Part shown: in pieces, positions 38,381 through 52,679 of the stretch | Position numbering within the stretch: the stretch's first letter is position 1 | How the letters are laid out: the number at the start of each line of letters is the position of its first letter | Origin: Lama glama | Taxonomy: Eukaryota | Length of the DNA: 64,000 bases | Assembly (NCBI GenBank): GCA_028534125.1 | Contig: CM052816.1 | Location: 87,980,001 to 88,044,000, forward strand | Reading direction: 5' to 3' | Notes under the pieces: generated by a model | Told to the model about the DNA's origin: nothing | Database searches by the model: none | The model's input: only the letters and a program-made list of their open reading frames with translations | Position numbers and translations under genes: made by a program

Positions 38381-41149
38381 CTTCCATGGAAACTTCCCAA
38401 AGCTTTCCACTTAACGCCCTCCTAATGACCAGAGAGACTCTAAGTGTAATTATTATTGCTTTAATAGCTTGAGAAAATTGTATTCTTTTAGTAAGAACTT
38501 CAGTAAAATCAGGGATGATAATCAACATGTATCTACATAAATGCTAATGTAAATTAGCTTTGTGATTGTGCAGCCTTATTCCATTCTTAAAAACAACAGA
38601 TAAAGCAACTGTAATTTAAAAAATGACATTCTTGATTATGCTGATTTAGTTAGTCTAGCTATTACTGTGGTGATAGCTTAATAGCAAATTATCTTTATGT
38701 AATTCTAAATAGAATATTATTTAACTGTGACACTACCCTACATAATGAGATAATAGATTTCTACCAAGTAGGGCGATATTATGCAAATTCCTCAGTCCAC
38801 TCACCTTTAAAAAACTAATTACATTTATAGGCATATGGTAGGAAATGAAGTGTGTATTTCAACTAAGTTTGTCAGCTTTCCTTTTCTTGACCATCTATGA
38901 ACATTCAATGTGACATTAGTAGCTAAATGAATATATACCAATCATGTGCTTCAGAAACCTCTAGTGTAACATCTGTCACAGGACTTCACTGTGAAGGAAC
39001 AAAGTAAGTTGAAAAGAATATATGCATCGTTATACTGAGACTCTATAAAGCCATGGGCATTATATCATGATTATGTATCTAAGTAGCTGAAAGTCATTTG
39101 TAGCCTTAATATGCATGGGTGATATAGTAAAGGACATGATGAACATGGGCCTCAAACCACGTCTGAGCAGGAGATAATGGTGACATTTGTCTAAATGTTG
39201 CATATATTCCACACACTTTGACAGATTTTATTAATGCAAATGATTTTCAGAGAATCAGTGTTCAGTTTCAGAGATAAAAAATGTAAATTTGTATTTCTCT
39301 AGTTGAATTACATTTCCTTCATGCTATGTTAGCACTAATTTTAGAAGGAATTGGTGCAATCCGTATATCTCTATTTTATGATAGCTATTGTATTTTGAAA
39401 TTTAAAAGTATTACTTTCAGGGAGAAAATAATACAACATAGAAACGTGTACTAAACACTGAATAAATTTTTAATAGGAAAGACACAATGTGTCAAAGATT
39501 TTAGCTTTTTCCTTTGCAGTAATGTTTAACTGCAAAGTTAGCTAATGTCATCTCCTAATTAAACAAAATCAACTGTGAGAAAGTTAACAGATTGAGCACA
39601 ATTGATAGTTGAGCCAACACTCCTCCAGTTTTATCTGCTGATTTAGGTCTTCGGGAAATTTTCCATTATTTTTGCTTTTGAAACATATAGGGAAGTTTAT
39701 CATGATATTCATGAATGAGCTTATATTTATAGCATTTATGCTTCAGCTACATCAACTGGGTCTTAGAGACGCATATTTAAATTTGATATATTCTGCATAC
39801 ATATGATATTTTTTAAAATACATGCCCCTTATACATAATTTTTTCCACTGAAAATTAAAACTATTAAATATTGAAATGCATTTGGGGGTGTATATAAGGA
39901 TTTGAAACTGGTCATGATGTGCTCATTGTAATTTATTTTTAATTAAGTGGCTCCACAGCAGCCCAGAAAGGCCAGATAACTTGGGAAGCAAATGAATGAT
40001 GTTATGAATCATTTAAAGTTTTCTCACATAATGAATTCTTTTCTTTCTGTTCTTCCATTACATAGTAGGATGACTATTACACACTGACATTTAGCATTGA
40101 TTCATTAATAACCAGGGCAGGTGTGACCAGCTCTACCCTAAGTGAGCCTGTCACCCCTGACTTGTACCATTAAGAGAAAATTTTGTTTATCAACCTTCAT
40201 TATGTATATTTTACAGGATAAATACACACACATGCTACATAAATTCTAGATATACAAAGTCATTTGGTATATCAGATATATAATGTCTGTATGTGCATGT
40301 GTATATCATGAAAATCCACATAATTAAATGAACATGTACCCAGTGAACTTACCTTATTGTTCAAACATTATAAATAATGTTATGGGATATTCTAAGCCAA
40401 TATAAAATCAGAACTCTTCCCTTATTTTATTTTTATATGATTAAGGCAGTTCATCTCTCAATAAATAGAACCCTCTCTCTTTCTTACTTTCCTTCTAAAT
40501 ACCAATGCCGAGAAAAGAAGTGCTTTAAAATAAGAAACTCAAAAGTACAATTTACAAAAAGCATCTGGGCCACAAGCAAATAACTTTATTTCCTTAGTGT
40601 TAAAGTTAATTAGCCTTTGAAAAAAATCAATTGGAAGTTTTAAGCCTTCTCTTTTTGGATCTTACAACCAGGTTTGTTAGTTCGTTTGTTTTGGTGCTTT
40701 ATCCTAAAAATTGCTAGGAAATGGGAACTTAACCTGCATTCTTTTGATGGATGCTATATGACAGCCAGTGTGAGCAGACTTCATCCTAGAGACTCTTAAG
40801 CACCTCACATGTCGCAGAATATTGCATAGATTTTTATGGGGATTTACATCCCCACCACTGTCTGTGTGTTTATTTATAGTTTCAGCATTTAAGAGGAAGC
40901 ATGAGTAATCCTCTAGATCTGATATGAGCTCATGAACATTTAGCACTTTTCACTCTACATTTTGACATAGTCATGTAATTTGGTCACCTCTCCCGACACC
41001 TTGGAACTTGATGTAAATTGAGGTGCAATTTCCACATGATTCATCTCCATCATATAAGGAAAACACTACATTTGCTAACCTACACTACATTTGATTAGAA
41101 GTGTGTTATGTTCATATAAGATCAAGTTTCACTGAACAGTTTTAAAATA

Positions 41150-41355
41150 ACTTAATGCCAAGTTATATTTTCACATATATTAATTTATTTGGATCTCACA
41201 ATAATCCACATGAAAGAAGAGTAGATATTGTTATTTTCAAACTAAGTGGAGAACACTCAGTTTGAAAGTAATGAAATCAACTACTGCAGATCACATACCC
41301 AGTATGTAGCAAAGGCTACACTGAAATCAAGGTTTTCAGGCTCCCAATTCTGTTT
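41150..41355 (-). mobile_element. MIR SINE
   Basis: taatttatttggatctcacaataatcc...agatcacatacccagtatgtagcaaagg. Confidence 0.55.
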
Positions 41356-44218
41356 TTGAAAGTTATGTAACCCAATCAAGTAAATATATTAAAGGTACAG
41401 AAACGTCTTTTATAATTTAGTACTACTAAGGGCCATTACGATCCTCTGGGGAATTGCACGTAGACATTTTAGCAGGTTTGTGAATCATCAGGGTAAAAGC
41501 TTTTTGCTTATAACTAGCTATCAACTGAAAGACAAACTAATTTAACTCTTAAAGATCTAACTTGTAAGTTGGAGAGACACTAATGCACTTTTTCATTCTG
41601 CTTAAAGAACTCAGTTGGAATTCTAAATGTATTAAGTTATCTCTTTTCTCTTTCATATCACAAATCATTTATTCTCCTTGTCACTATAGTAATGCACGTT
41701 TCCTAGTCTACCAAATTTTTCAGTTACTTGAAAACTATATTACATTGAAATGTTAAAAACTTTTTGTTCTCTCTCCTCTCTTTTTTGCTGATGTTTAAAA
41801 ATACAATGCAAACAATGGAAAAAATAATTTACATTTCATTATAGACCCAGCATGGCATTTGCTGGCATTCAGAAGCTCCAACAGCAAACATTTTTTTGAT
41901 ATCTCTAAATGTGTAGACTGATTTTTGGTAATTAAAATAACTTTTAAAAATCTAATGTGTATTTCACTAATAGAAATATATTTGTACATTTTGAAGGAAA
42001 TTAATTTTTAAATCATTAATCTGTACTTTGATAAAAGAGAGTTTACTTTATTGAGATAAAAGCCAGTCAAGGTTATAAGCTCTAGCAATTCTTTAAAATA
42101 AACAAAACATATTGAAGAAATAGCTTTGCTTTCCAAATGATTTTCTTTGTTTGGTAAACAAGTGTATGCTATGCATATATAAAATGTCAAGTACTGCATG
42201 CGCTTTGATAATATGTGAAAAATGAGATTTAAATTGTTTAGAGAATATTAATCTTTTTTGCACATTTGCTTGTTTTTGCTTCTTTTCAAAAAGAGTTTAA
42301 TATGTCTTCTAATTATATATAATTTAACAGAATTAAATAAAAGTAAATTGGGTAAGGACATCCGAAAAGAGGGAAAATTAAAGTAAGAAACATTCTATGA
42401 AACATGGGATTAAGTTAGTATACAAAGTCCATGCCAGGAAGAATTATTTTCTAGAAGTGGACTTTACATATGGCTCTTAGCTTTCTGTCTATCTGCAGAC
42501 AGAAAATATGACAGTTACATGATAGGACTTCCCAGAAGTTAAATGTGCGCGTGCACACACACACAATTTTTTTCCTTAGCATGACAAACTTTTCCTTTTA
42601 GTCAGATAAGAAAATATCTCTTGTTAGTCTTTGTGAAGAGAGTACCAAGTAATAAAAACAATAGCCATCAACAGTATCCTCACAGTTTAAAAAAAATACA
42701 ATATCCTTACAGTAAATAATCTAATAAATCTTAAAGAGTATTATCTTCTAATGTCCCTTTTTTAGATCTTTGTAAAAACATTTTGTAAAAGCATTTCTGT
42801 AAGATCTCGATTTTACGTGGTAGAGGATTAATGATCTATGCTGGTCTGGTTTAATCTAAAGAAGATTTTCCAATATCCTGAGAAAACGCTGGGCCACTCT
42901 CCCTCCAGCAGTCCTTCCTCAATGCTGCTTGTCTTTGCTAACTTCTCCATATGAACTGAATGGGGGCATGTGCATGGTTATCCTAGAAACTAGAATTCAG
43001 CGAATCTTTAATGAGGGTTAATTGCAAGCCATATACTTAAAAGCTAATCCAAGGCCACATTTATAAAACAAAGGTCAATTCACCTGCTAAAAGGAAACTT
43101 CAAGAATTCCTCAACGACAAACATCCTCTCAGACTTCTAACACACTAAGGAATAGAAATTAGGCCCCGGAATCCTGAAGCAAAGAGACACGAAATAAAAA
43201 GCCTATGGGGAAATGCAGACATAGACAAGTGAACAAGTGTTTATAATTTAAAAGACGTGCGTATAACTGTAGACAGCATATTAAGAGAAAATTAGCTAAA
43301 GATCAGAGATGACTGACAGCATTGCTGACCCAGAGTAAGAGAATTCTTGTTATTGGACACAGTTGAGAATAGTGAATTTGTAATAAGCTGGAGACAGACA
43401 ATTCTGTATCCTTATCCATGAGTGGGTAAACCAGCAAGCAGGCGCAAGGATGCATTAGCAATTTGCACATTTTTTTTCCAAAATGTTTCAAGGAAAATCA
43501 AAGGAGCAAGAGATTAGCTGAGATATAATTGGTTCTGGGAACAAAAGAAATAGAGTTCCATGAAGCAAAGAGCACTTGTGATTCGGGAGAAGTGGGGCAC
43601 TTACCCAGAATAAATGCCTTGCTAAGTCAACCCTGATTAAATCCAAGAGGCATGAAATACATGTAGTTAAAAGAATGGGGGTTAATGACCATAAATAACG
43701 ACCAACCTTCTCATGGTCAGAGGAAAAAGGATAAAAATGTCTTTCTGTTTATGTGAAAACTGTCATGGAAAAGGGAAGAGAAATTTTACAAACTATTAAT
43801 TAATTTTGTTCACTTAAGATAGAGTCCTTTTATACATCATCAGAATTCCAGTAAATGTTAGACCAATACTGACACACCCTCCAATATGATGGTAAAGGCG
43901 TGGCTTAACAAATGGAAAATGGAAATATTTAAGATAAAAAAGAACTCGGCATATATATCTCTCACTAATGCATTCAATATTTTTAGCCCAAGTGCCTCTT
44001 TTTTTAAACTGATGAGGAAAATACAGAGATGATCTTTATTTCTGGCAGTATGGGAGACTCAGACCTTCCTCCTAGAATGCCTAACATTAAAAATAAAATA
44101 CTATGATTATCATTATTATCATTGTTAACATTTTTACTGCACAGTTGTTGAGTTGATTTTAATGGAAGGTAAATGCTTGGGAGAGAGAATCAACAAGTAA
44201 TGTTGCTCCAGGTAATTA

Positions 44219-44672
44219 TGTCCTAGAATAGTGTTGATCACTTGTGTCAGTTCTAATCACCAAATTGTGATTCCATGTGCAAGAGATTTGCGCGGGAAAA
44301 GCATGTGAAGTATCAGTCAGAAGGTGCCAGAGAAGACAAGGAGAGTCTTTGGATTGTGGTGCAGGTCCGACATCTGTGAAATCAAGGACACTAAGAAAAC
44401 CTGCATATGACACAGGACAGTTCTGAAAAATGTCTCATTGGCCAGGCACGTGGGGAGTCCTCTAGCTAAATTCACATGTATCTGCATCCTGCAAGAATGA
44501 GCTGGCACTTGTAGTTCTGTCTAGCTTGGTTATTAGCTGTTGACAGCCTAGGGGAAGCATGGCCTTGGTGGCAGTGCATTCAAAGGACAACTGTAGGGTC
44601 AATCAGGCAATTGGCTGCCTGTATCAGGTTCTGTTGAAGAAGACCTGACTGGTGCACTTTCACGGCCATCAT
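44219..44672 (-). mobile_element. ERVL solo LTR (LTR16-like)
   Basis: tgtgcaagagattt...gtgcaggtccgacatctgtgaa...ggggagtcctctagctaaa...ggggaagcatggccttgg. Confidence 0.65.
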
Positions 44673-44699
44673 GTCCATTTAGCATGAGATCTCAGATTT

Positions 44700-45190
44700 A
44701 GGGTCCACACACACATAGCAGGAGACAAAGACTGTGGCCCTGTGGTTCCAGCAGAATCAGAGCTCAGATCAACATCCTTGAATAAGGGTAAGACTTACAA
44801 AAAAATTAAGCAAGTTCCACCCCACAGAAGATGAGAGATAAGCATACCTGCATAGAAGTGGCTGTGGGTGGAGATGGAGAAGAGAAGGCTCTCCAGAGAA
44901 TTCTTCTCCAGGGCTTTCCTTCATGCTGGGTAGGGGTCCCAGAAAAACTTCAAGTCAAAAATGTGGTTTAAAAATGGTCTCAGGTTGGAGGTGATCCCAG
45001 AGGTCAGGGAGATGAGAGCTCACATCTCCTGTTGAGGAATGTTTCTGAAACTTGGACTTCAAAAATTTCTTCAGATAAAGTTCCAATAAGGTGAGTGCCT
45101 AACACCAACATCACCAGACTCATAAAAATAAAAGTCCTCATAAGCAAGTTTCCAGAAAAAGCAAAATGTATAATCAAACCTGAAGTAGGT
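44700..45190 (+). mobile_element. HAL1/old L1 5' remnant
   Basis: gggtaggggtcccagaaaaacttcaag...ggtttaaaaatggtctcaggttggaggtgatcccagagg...catctcctgttgaggaa. Confidence 0.5.
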
Positions 45191-46334
45191 GTGAAACTTG
45201 AGACCTTTAATAATAAAAATACAGTTGAAAAAAACTTGCATATTAAATGCCAGGCCAAGTTCTAATTGCTTTTGTAAGTAACTCATGTCATCCTCATAAA
45301 AATCCCATAAGGTAGATATTATCACTTCCACCACATAGTTAACAGATGTATGTTGCGTGCCCATTAAGTAGGGATACAGCGGTGTTGGGGATACAGCCCT
45401 AAAGAAAACAGAGAAAGTCCACCGCCTTCATGTGGCTTGCTTTTTAGTGAATGCAAATTCCATTTTAGCGCCTCTTGAATTTCTTTCTGCCTCTGTCTTT
45501 CTCTGTTCTGTCTCCTCACTCCTCCCCACCCTACTCCACTTATGTACACACGCACACATACACAATCAGTTCCTTGGCAACTGAAAATAAATAAACAGAT
45601 GAACAATAACAGTGATGGAAATCTAGGAAAGTAACAAGAGAAAACAGTAAGTACAACAGGTATTGAAAACATTGGCCAACACCTATCACGTAGCCTAGCT
45701 GCTCTGTGGTTGTGAATAAATGAAGGAAATCTAGGAAGACTTTCAGAATTTACCGTTTTCTCCCAGCTGCCTGGTTCGTCCTTAGTATTCTCAGTTTGTA
45801 TCTCCATGAAGTCATTCTTTGAGGATTCTCAACTTAACAGTAACAGTAGAATGAAGCAAAACCAGAAAATATGAAGAGTCAGACAAGATAATATTCTCAG
45901 CTCTAGATGTTGCATATTCATTAGTGTAAACAAAATTTTCAAAAATAGGGAAAGTAGAGAGAACCATTATTGTTACTTTGTGGTCAGTGTTTCCATCTCC
46001 TTTTTATATTAGTGCATGAGGAGACTGAATTCAGGCTCCACCTTTGTTAATTTCCTTATCTACCTTTATTTTGTTAGATGTGTCCTAATTAATCTGAAAA
46101 TAGAGATCTTCCTAAAATCAAAATCTGGTGGATTTGAATACAGCTAGTTGTTGAGGCTAATATTCTTAAAATGATTTCTTCAACTATTAAATAAAATGAC
46201 ATATTATTTCAAAAAATTATAAAATGAGATAGGCAAGAGAATAAAACAGATAATACTAATTTCAATAATAATAACAAAAACTCTTTACTGAAGGATTGAG
46301 GTAAGACTATTACTAGGTAAACATAAATTATGAG

Positions 46335-46434
46335 AGGAAGAGAGTGTAGATCAAGTGGTAGAGCACATGCTTAGCATATAAAATAAATAAGTAAACCTAA
46401 TTACCTCCCTCACCCCAAAAAAAAATTTAAAAGG
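46335..46434 (+). mobile_element. Camelid tRNA-derived SINE (Vic-1-like), internally deleted
   Basis: A-box-bearing head gtgtagatcaagtggtagagcacatgcttagcat, then tail aaataaataagtaaacctaattacctccc and an A-run. The 11-bp flanks taaattatgag (46324-46334) and taaattttgag (46435-46445) match at 10 of 11. Confidence 0.8.
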
Positions 46435-46449
46435 TAAATTTTGAGGAAT

Positions 46450-47500
46450 ATGCATATTCAACAGTCTTGAACTTAAAAGCAGAAGTTTAGATGAGAAGGT
46501 TATTTGAGAATACTAATAAGGATTAAAATGGTGAGTGAAAGTGAATGATGTTACATGAGAAAGGATTTTAAGAAGAGAAGGTGGCCTAAAACTGACATAC
46601 AAGTGGAGAATCCAATGTGTGGGGAAAGGATTATACGCCTGTAAGGAAAACTGATGAGAGGGTCAGATGGAAAGAAGGAAACTCAGGTCAGAGTACTGCC
46701 TTAGAAGTTAAAGACTATTTCAAGGAGAAAATAGTCAACAGCATCAAAGGCTGGTAGAAGGAAGACTGAAAACTTTTCTGTTGGCTTAAGCCAATCTGAG
46801 CATATGAATAGAGGATTGGGGCTGGAGATTGTACATGCAGTGCATAGTTGTGACATGACCATTGCAGACAGTAGGAGAACAAGTTGACTAGATGTGCAAT
46901 TTCAGATAATTTAGGGAAAAAAATAAAAACATTTGTGATTATAAATTTGTTCAGTAGTTCAAAAAGTATTTTTTGAATAATCCCAACAAGCAAGGCACTG
47001 TTCTGGGTGGTTGGGGCACATTCAAGTATACAAACAGTCAATGTCCTTTGCGCACTTAGAAATTAAGTCCTAACAGGGTGATAGAGAAACAACGAATGTC
47101 AGATAGAACGTGTCACACAGTACATTTGTAGGTGACTGATGTTACTTATAAACTAAGCAGACCAGAGTAAGGAAGATCAGGAATGTTCTAGGTGAGAGTG
47201 GGTTGCAATTTGACATAGGATTGGCAAATATACTTAATTTTGGTGATACTTGAGCATTGATATTAACCAGAGGAAGTAAGAATTAGCCATGTGGATATCC
47301 GGGATCAGCACTCTAGGCAAGGAGACAGCCAAAGCAAGTTCCACGAGGTGGCAGGCCAGTGTGCATGGAGTCCAGTGAGCCATGGGAGAGTAACAGGAGC
47401 TGAGGTTAAGGAAGCAATGGAAATGGGCTGTGGGGGCCAGGAAACAGAGGGACTTACAAGCCACTGCAAGGATTGAGCTTTTACTGAGTGAAATAAGAGT
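46450..47500. mobile_element. L2 fragments
   Basis: ttcaaggagaaaatagtcaacagcatcaaaggctg...; ttgttcagtagttcaaaaagtattttttgaata...ggcactgttctggg...; gccactgcaaggattgagcttttactgagtgaaat. Confidence 0.65.
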
Positions 47501-47632
47501 CATTCATATTGCCGACAATGTGCCTTATTTACTTATAAAACTAAGCAAAGAAAATAGACATTTATTTACCCATTATGTGCAAAGAATTAAGATGAATAGT
47601 GGGAAATATTTTCTGTAAGAAGCTTTAAGAAG

Positions 47633-48584
47633 ACATCTAGATGGCCAACAGACACATAAAAAGATGCTCAACATCGCTAAGCATCAAGGAAATGCAAATC
47701 AAAATCACAATGAGACATCAACTCACACCAATCAGAACAGTTATTAACAAAAAGACAACAAATAACAAGTACTTATGAGGATGTGGTGAAAAGGGAATCC
47801 TCATGCATTGCTGATGAGGGTATAAACTGGTATAGCCACTATGGAGAGCAGTATGGAGGTTCCTCAAAAAATTTAAAAATAGAAATACCATGCAATCTAG
47901 AGATTCCAGTTCTGGGTTTTTTCCTGAAGAATACAGAAATACTAATTTGAAAAGATACATTCACCCCTATGTTCATTGCAGAATTGTTTACAATAGGCAA
48001 GATATGGAAGTAACCTAAGAATACATAAACAGATGAATGGATAAAGAAGATGTGGTATATATATATATATATACACTCTATTTATATTATATATATTATT
48101 ACTCAGCCATAACAAAAGAATGAAATCTTATCATTAGTAATACCATGGATGGACTTAGAAGGTATTGTGCTAAGTGAAATAGGCAGAGAAAGACAAATAC
48201 CGTATGATTTCGCTTATATGTGGAATCTGAGAAAATGAAAAATTTGAACAAAATAAGAAAACAGAAATAGACTCATAGATACAGAGAACAGACAAGTGGT
48301 TGTCAGTGGGGAGCAGGGTGGAGGGGATGAGTGAAATAAATGAGGAAGTCTAGGAGGCACAAACCTCCAGTTACAAAGTTAATGATTCACAGTGATGAAA
48401 TACTCAGCATGAGAAACAGAGTCAAGAGTATTGTCACAACTTTGTATGGTGACAGATGGTAACTAGACTGACTGTGGTGATCATTTGTAGTGTATAGACA
48501 TACCAAGTCACTATGTTGTGTAACAGGAAGTAATACAGTATTACAAATCAATGATATTTCAGTTTAAAAAAGAAATTTTTAAAA
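47633..48584 (+). mobile_element. 5'-truncated L1 3' end (L1MA-like) with 16-bp TSD
   Basis: L1 ORF2 end and 3'UTR text. Flanks are aagaagctttaagaag (47617-47632) and aagaagtttcaagaag (48585-48600), matching at 14 of 16. Confidence 0.9.
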
Positions 48585-50924
48585 AAGAAGTTTCAAGAAG
48601 CTCAAATTCCAGTGATAAGAATGTCTTGCATAGGAATAGGGAAGCTTTAGTATGATTTGTCTTCAATAGAGAAAAACAAAACAAAGACGTGGGAGCACAT
48701 TAGAAGAACTGGAAATAGCTTCTAAGTGGACACAGGATTAGATAATGATGGTTTACGAAGTAATATAAGATTGTTTGGAATATTTTGGTTAGGAAATCCA
48801 TCTTTCGGGAACATACACCAAAGGCAAATCAATATGACAGCCAACTCATCATTCTTAATTTTGTCCTGAGTAAATATTAACCAAAATAGAGAAGCAATAG
48901 CTATGATTATGCATTATTTATAGTATATTGTCTTGAAATACACAGACACAACATTTGTTCAAAATAAAATCAAACTGATCCACAAAATTCTATGGGGCAA
49001 ACTTTTTAATTCAAAGTAAACTAAACTAAAATGCATTCTCATATACCTTTTGCAAGTAAGATAAATTTCTATTTCTTTGGGTGGTAGAAAAGAACTAAAG
49101 TTCCTGTATCCTAGACCTACTGCTTTACTTTTGAGCTGGTTGGAGAATAATTTTCTAGAATGTCAAGTACTGATTCTATAATTTACTCTTTAAATTATTT
49201 CCTCATTTATCACACCCACACTTACTTTCCACATTATAGTGAAGTGGTTTTCCTAATGTAAGTATATGTCAATTACCCACTTTTTGTGAGCCCTGCCGAT
49301 GCAGCACTGAGATTATTGAATGAAATGATTCTTTCCCATCGTATTCAGAAGGACGACCCACTGTGAATGCAATTGAAGTTATTTCAAAACTTGATTCTCA
49401 ATAGCAATGTTTATTGTGACATTTTCTCCTTGGCTTTCCTTACATAATAGACTCATGATTAAATGAAATTGTTAGCTTCTAGATAACTGGACCTATAAAT
49501 GGAATATTTACTTCACGTGTTAATGGTTGGCTTTTAAGATTGTTTCAGTTACTTTTACAAAGAAATAGCAATGCAAGAATAATAATCATATTTTAATTAA
49601 CAGTGAAATTGGGCTGTATTTACCAAATCCAATTAAATAAACCCTGGATTATCTCCCCAACTCACACATTATTCATATGAGTACTTAGAGGAAATGTGAA
49701 GATTACAATTCTTTTTATACATATTTAATATACATGCATTATCCTGAAAATGTTATATATTATATAAGGCAAGGATCATTCATAAATTTATAGAGACAAA
49801 TTCCATTCTCCGACTGCTGTAAGATCCCTGCACACACGTATATAGTTTCCACACAGGAATCATCAAAATGAAAAATAGTCACTTTTTAGGCATAAATACA
49901 CTAAATCAAAAGCTCATTTTTGTTCAAATATGTTTCTTCAGTTATATTATATCATTTTTGAAAGCACAATTTATAATGTTGAAAACAAAGCCAATCAGAT
50001 ACCTGTCAGTTATAAATGCATTCCAAATGCTTTTTTAGACTACTCAATAAGCAAGCATTTCTATTTATATCCATTCTGAGGCAGTTTTCAGAGAATCACA
50101 CTTTAATCAGAAATCTGAACTTTATAAAAATGTTCATAATATTGATTTTTTTCAGTATTGCTGGGCACACGGAATCTTGCCTCTGGAGGCTAATGAAACA
50201 CGTTACTCCATGATGTGTCTCCAGGCTAATGGAGCTATGCGAACTGTTATGACTAAACTGTATAAAATATTTTGTATTAAAAGAATCGCCTGTGCATCCC
50301 TAAAAAGATTGCCATATTTGTGCTTTCCTTAAAAAATTATTTTTTCTCAAACATAGTATTTACAGAAGCTCAAACAACTTAAAAATAGACAATTTGTAAT
50401 TGTTCTGATTAGATTTTAATTACATTGCAGAAAGGATATGGAGAAGAAATCCAGTAAAAACCTGATTATTATTTTAAAGCATATCTTTAATTTTATTGGA
50501 AAATACAGTTAAACAATGAAAATAGGATTGTTAAAACACAAGCATCAAAACAAATTTATGCCAATTATTATATAGAACTGTTACCTGATTTACAGCAGAG
50601 AGGGTAGTTTGTATTTGCAATAAACATAATTCCCCCTAAATTTTTTTGTCTTTAAAAATCTTTACAAGATAGTTGTTTCATTAATTATTAGAGAGTTTAT
50701 AATTTAGTTATTTTTGCTTGAGGTATTTACTTAGGAATAAATGCAACATAAGATGGCTCAATCAAAAACGTTTTGGCTTTTTTCATGTTATATTTATCAA
50801 TTGAATGTTTAAAGGAATTTAATATTCTCTCTTTTGCATGTGTTTTACATAGATGTGATTATTACTATAAATTGTAAACAACTTTTGCAGACATAAATAC
50901 CGATGCGTGAAGAAAAACATCTAC

Positions 50925-51482
50925 TAAGTCAGAATTTGATTCAGCTGCTTGGAATAGAAAGTCAACTATAGGCTCTTCAACAAACTGAGATTTATTTTTC
51001 TTGTGAAAGAAAGCCAGAGATAGACATCCTGGGTCTGGTACACAACTCCAAGATAATATTAAAAATGACCTTTCAATTTTCCAATCCATCATCTTAACCT
51101 TTCTGCTTTCTTCTCTATGCTCATAATGTGGCTTCTGGGTGTCTAGTCATTATGTCAGCAAGACATGGAAAAGATGAAGGAAAAAAATGGGAAATATGAA
51201 AGAAAAGCAGTAAAAAAATACATACCAGATGAATCTGTCCATTTAAAAAATTTTCCTAAAAACCCCAAAGGATTTCTTCCATGTTTACCTCATTAGCCAA
51301 TGGAATCCCATGTGCATCTTGTCCCCAAAGCATTTGGGTGGAGGGGGTGAGCATTTTAATTAGGCATACTGCTAGCCAAGATACAGCTCATCGATAATAG
51401 ATTCTATTAATATGGACGGATCCTATTAGTAAGAAGAAAGAGGAAATGGATATTGGATAGGCTGCTAGCAGTGACTGCCATA
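50925..51482 (-). mobile_element. Old MaLR LTR (MLT1J/K/L-like)
   Basis: agtcagaatttgattcagctgc...gatttatttttcttg...ctcattagccaa...tggatattggataggctgctagcagtgactgccata. Confidence 0.6.
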
Positions 51483-52679
51483 CTCACTGTGGACTTTACA
51501 ATCAGAACCCAGAAGGCTAACTAAGGTAGTTTGCTAAAAACAGAAATTCACGTACTTCATTACAATCTAAGACCGCAGCTCCTACCGTCTTTTACGATTT
51601 AATGTTCTGGAGTAGTTATTTACTGAAAGCTGTAACAATTAAAGGTGGGAAACGTGGAGTGTGGAGTCATTTACACCTGCATGTTTACGCCCTCTCTTCT
51701 AGCTATGTAAGATTGGGCGGGTTATTCAGTATGTCTTGGCATAACTTTTTTAAAACTTTATACAATGGAAGAAATTTTCAGGTGAACACGCTATTTTGCA
51801 TAGAGTAGATACACAATTATGATGACTTCTTTTTTTTTCAAAATTCGTGTTTTCAGTAATGATTTCAGTGACTGAATAAAATCTTCAGAAAAAGGAAAAC
51901 TGTCAATGAACTTTTCTCGATTACTTCTTTTTACTGATGCTGTAAGTAAACAATTGAAAGCAAACAGTCTATTGATTTTAGGAACTACTGCAGGCTTTGC
52001 TTTAAGCCGAATATATATTCAATGAATGTAAATATACTTTTATAGCTGAAGAGTACAGTGAAATGAATTGTATATTGACTGTGTTTATATGCATGGCAGG
52101 TAAAACATTTTGTACTATTCTCACCATCACTTGAAGATTGAATACAATAATTATTTCTTCTCCGTGGCAGAGCTGTGAGCATCCTTCTGGTTCTGCAATA
52201 TTACCAGTCAGTGACAGCCATCACATTATAACTGGAGAATGAATCAGCAATAATTATGTCACCTTACACCTAGGAACAGTCATAGTGACAAGACTTGATT
52301 CTGAGTTGCTATAGCAAGAATCAAGAGGTTAAACACAGCCTCCTTGCTTTTTTGGATTAGGTTGACGAGGTAAAATGCCTTCCAGTGTCTAGCTTTCCAG
52401 CTGTCCCTGGGACTTACACAGACCCGAATAACATGATCTAGAGCAGATCTCAGTCTCAGTATTCCATGCATCATTTACAGAGTACACATAGATGTTGGTT
52501 CAGCCTAGCAAACCTGAGAATAAAAGAAAGGAAGAACATTAAGCATAAGAAGAGACAGAAGGTCAGAATTTTACTGTGACTAAACCTTAGTAGTAACAGC
52601 GGAAGAGCAGACTGGCTCCGATGACGATGGAGACAAGAATGGAGGCCGAAGGGGTGGAAAGGAAGTAACGGCTACTGCT

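Noticed and set aside
43605..43632. Strong minus-strand donor (TGG|gtaagtg) with a possible 28-nt exon
   Set aside because: The acceptor is weak, and its open frame ends in phase 0, which does not fit the phase-1 start at 28501. Isolated donors are expected by chance in 64 kb.
45364..45807. 147-aa minus-strand ORF
   Set aside because: Low-complexity translation (CVCVRV, RQNRERQRQKE) of simple repeats; no family resemblance or supporting splice pattern.
46338..46378. tRNA-like sequence
   Set aside because: No T-arm/B box or acceptor stem; it is the head of a SINE rather than a tRNA gene.
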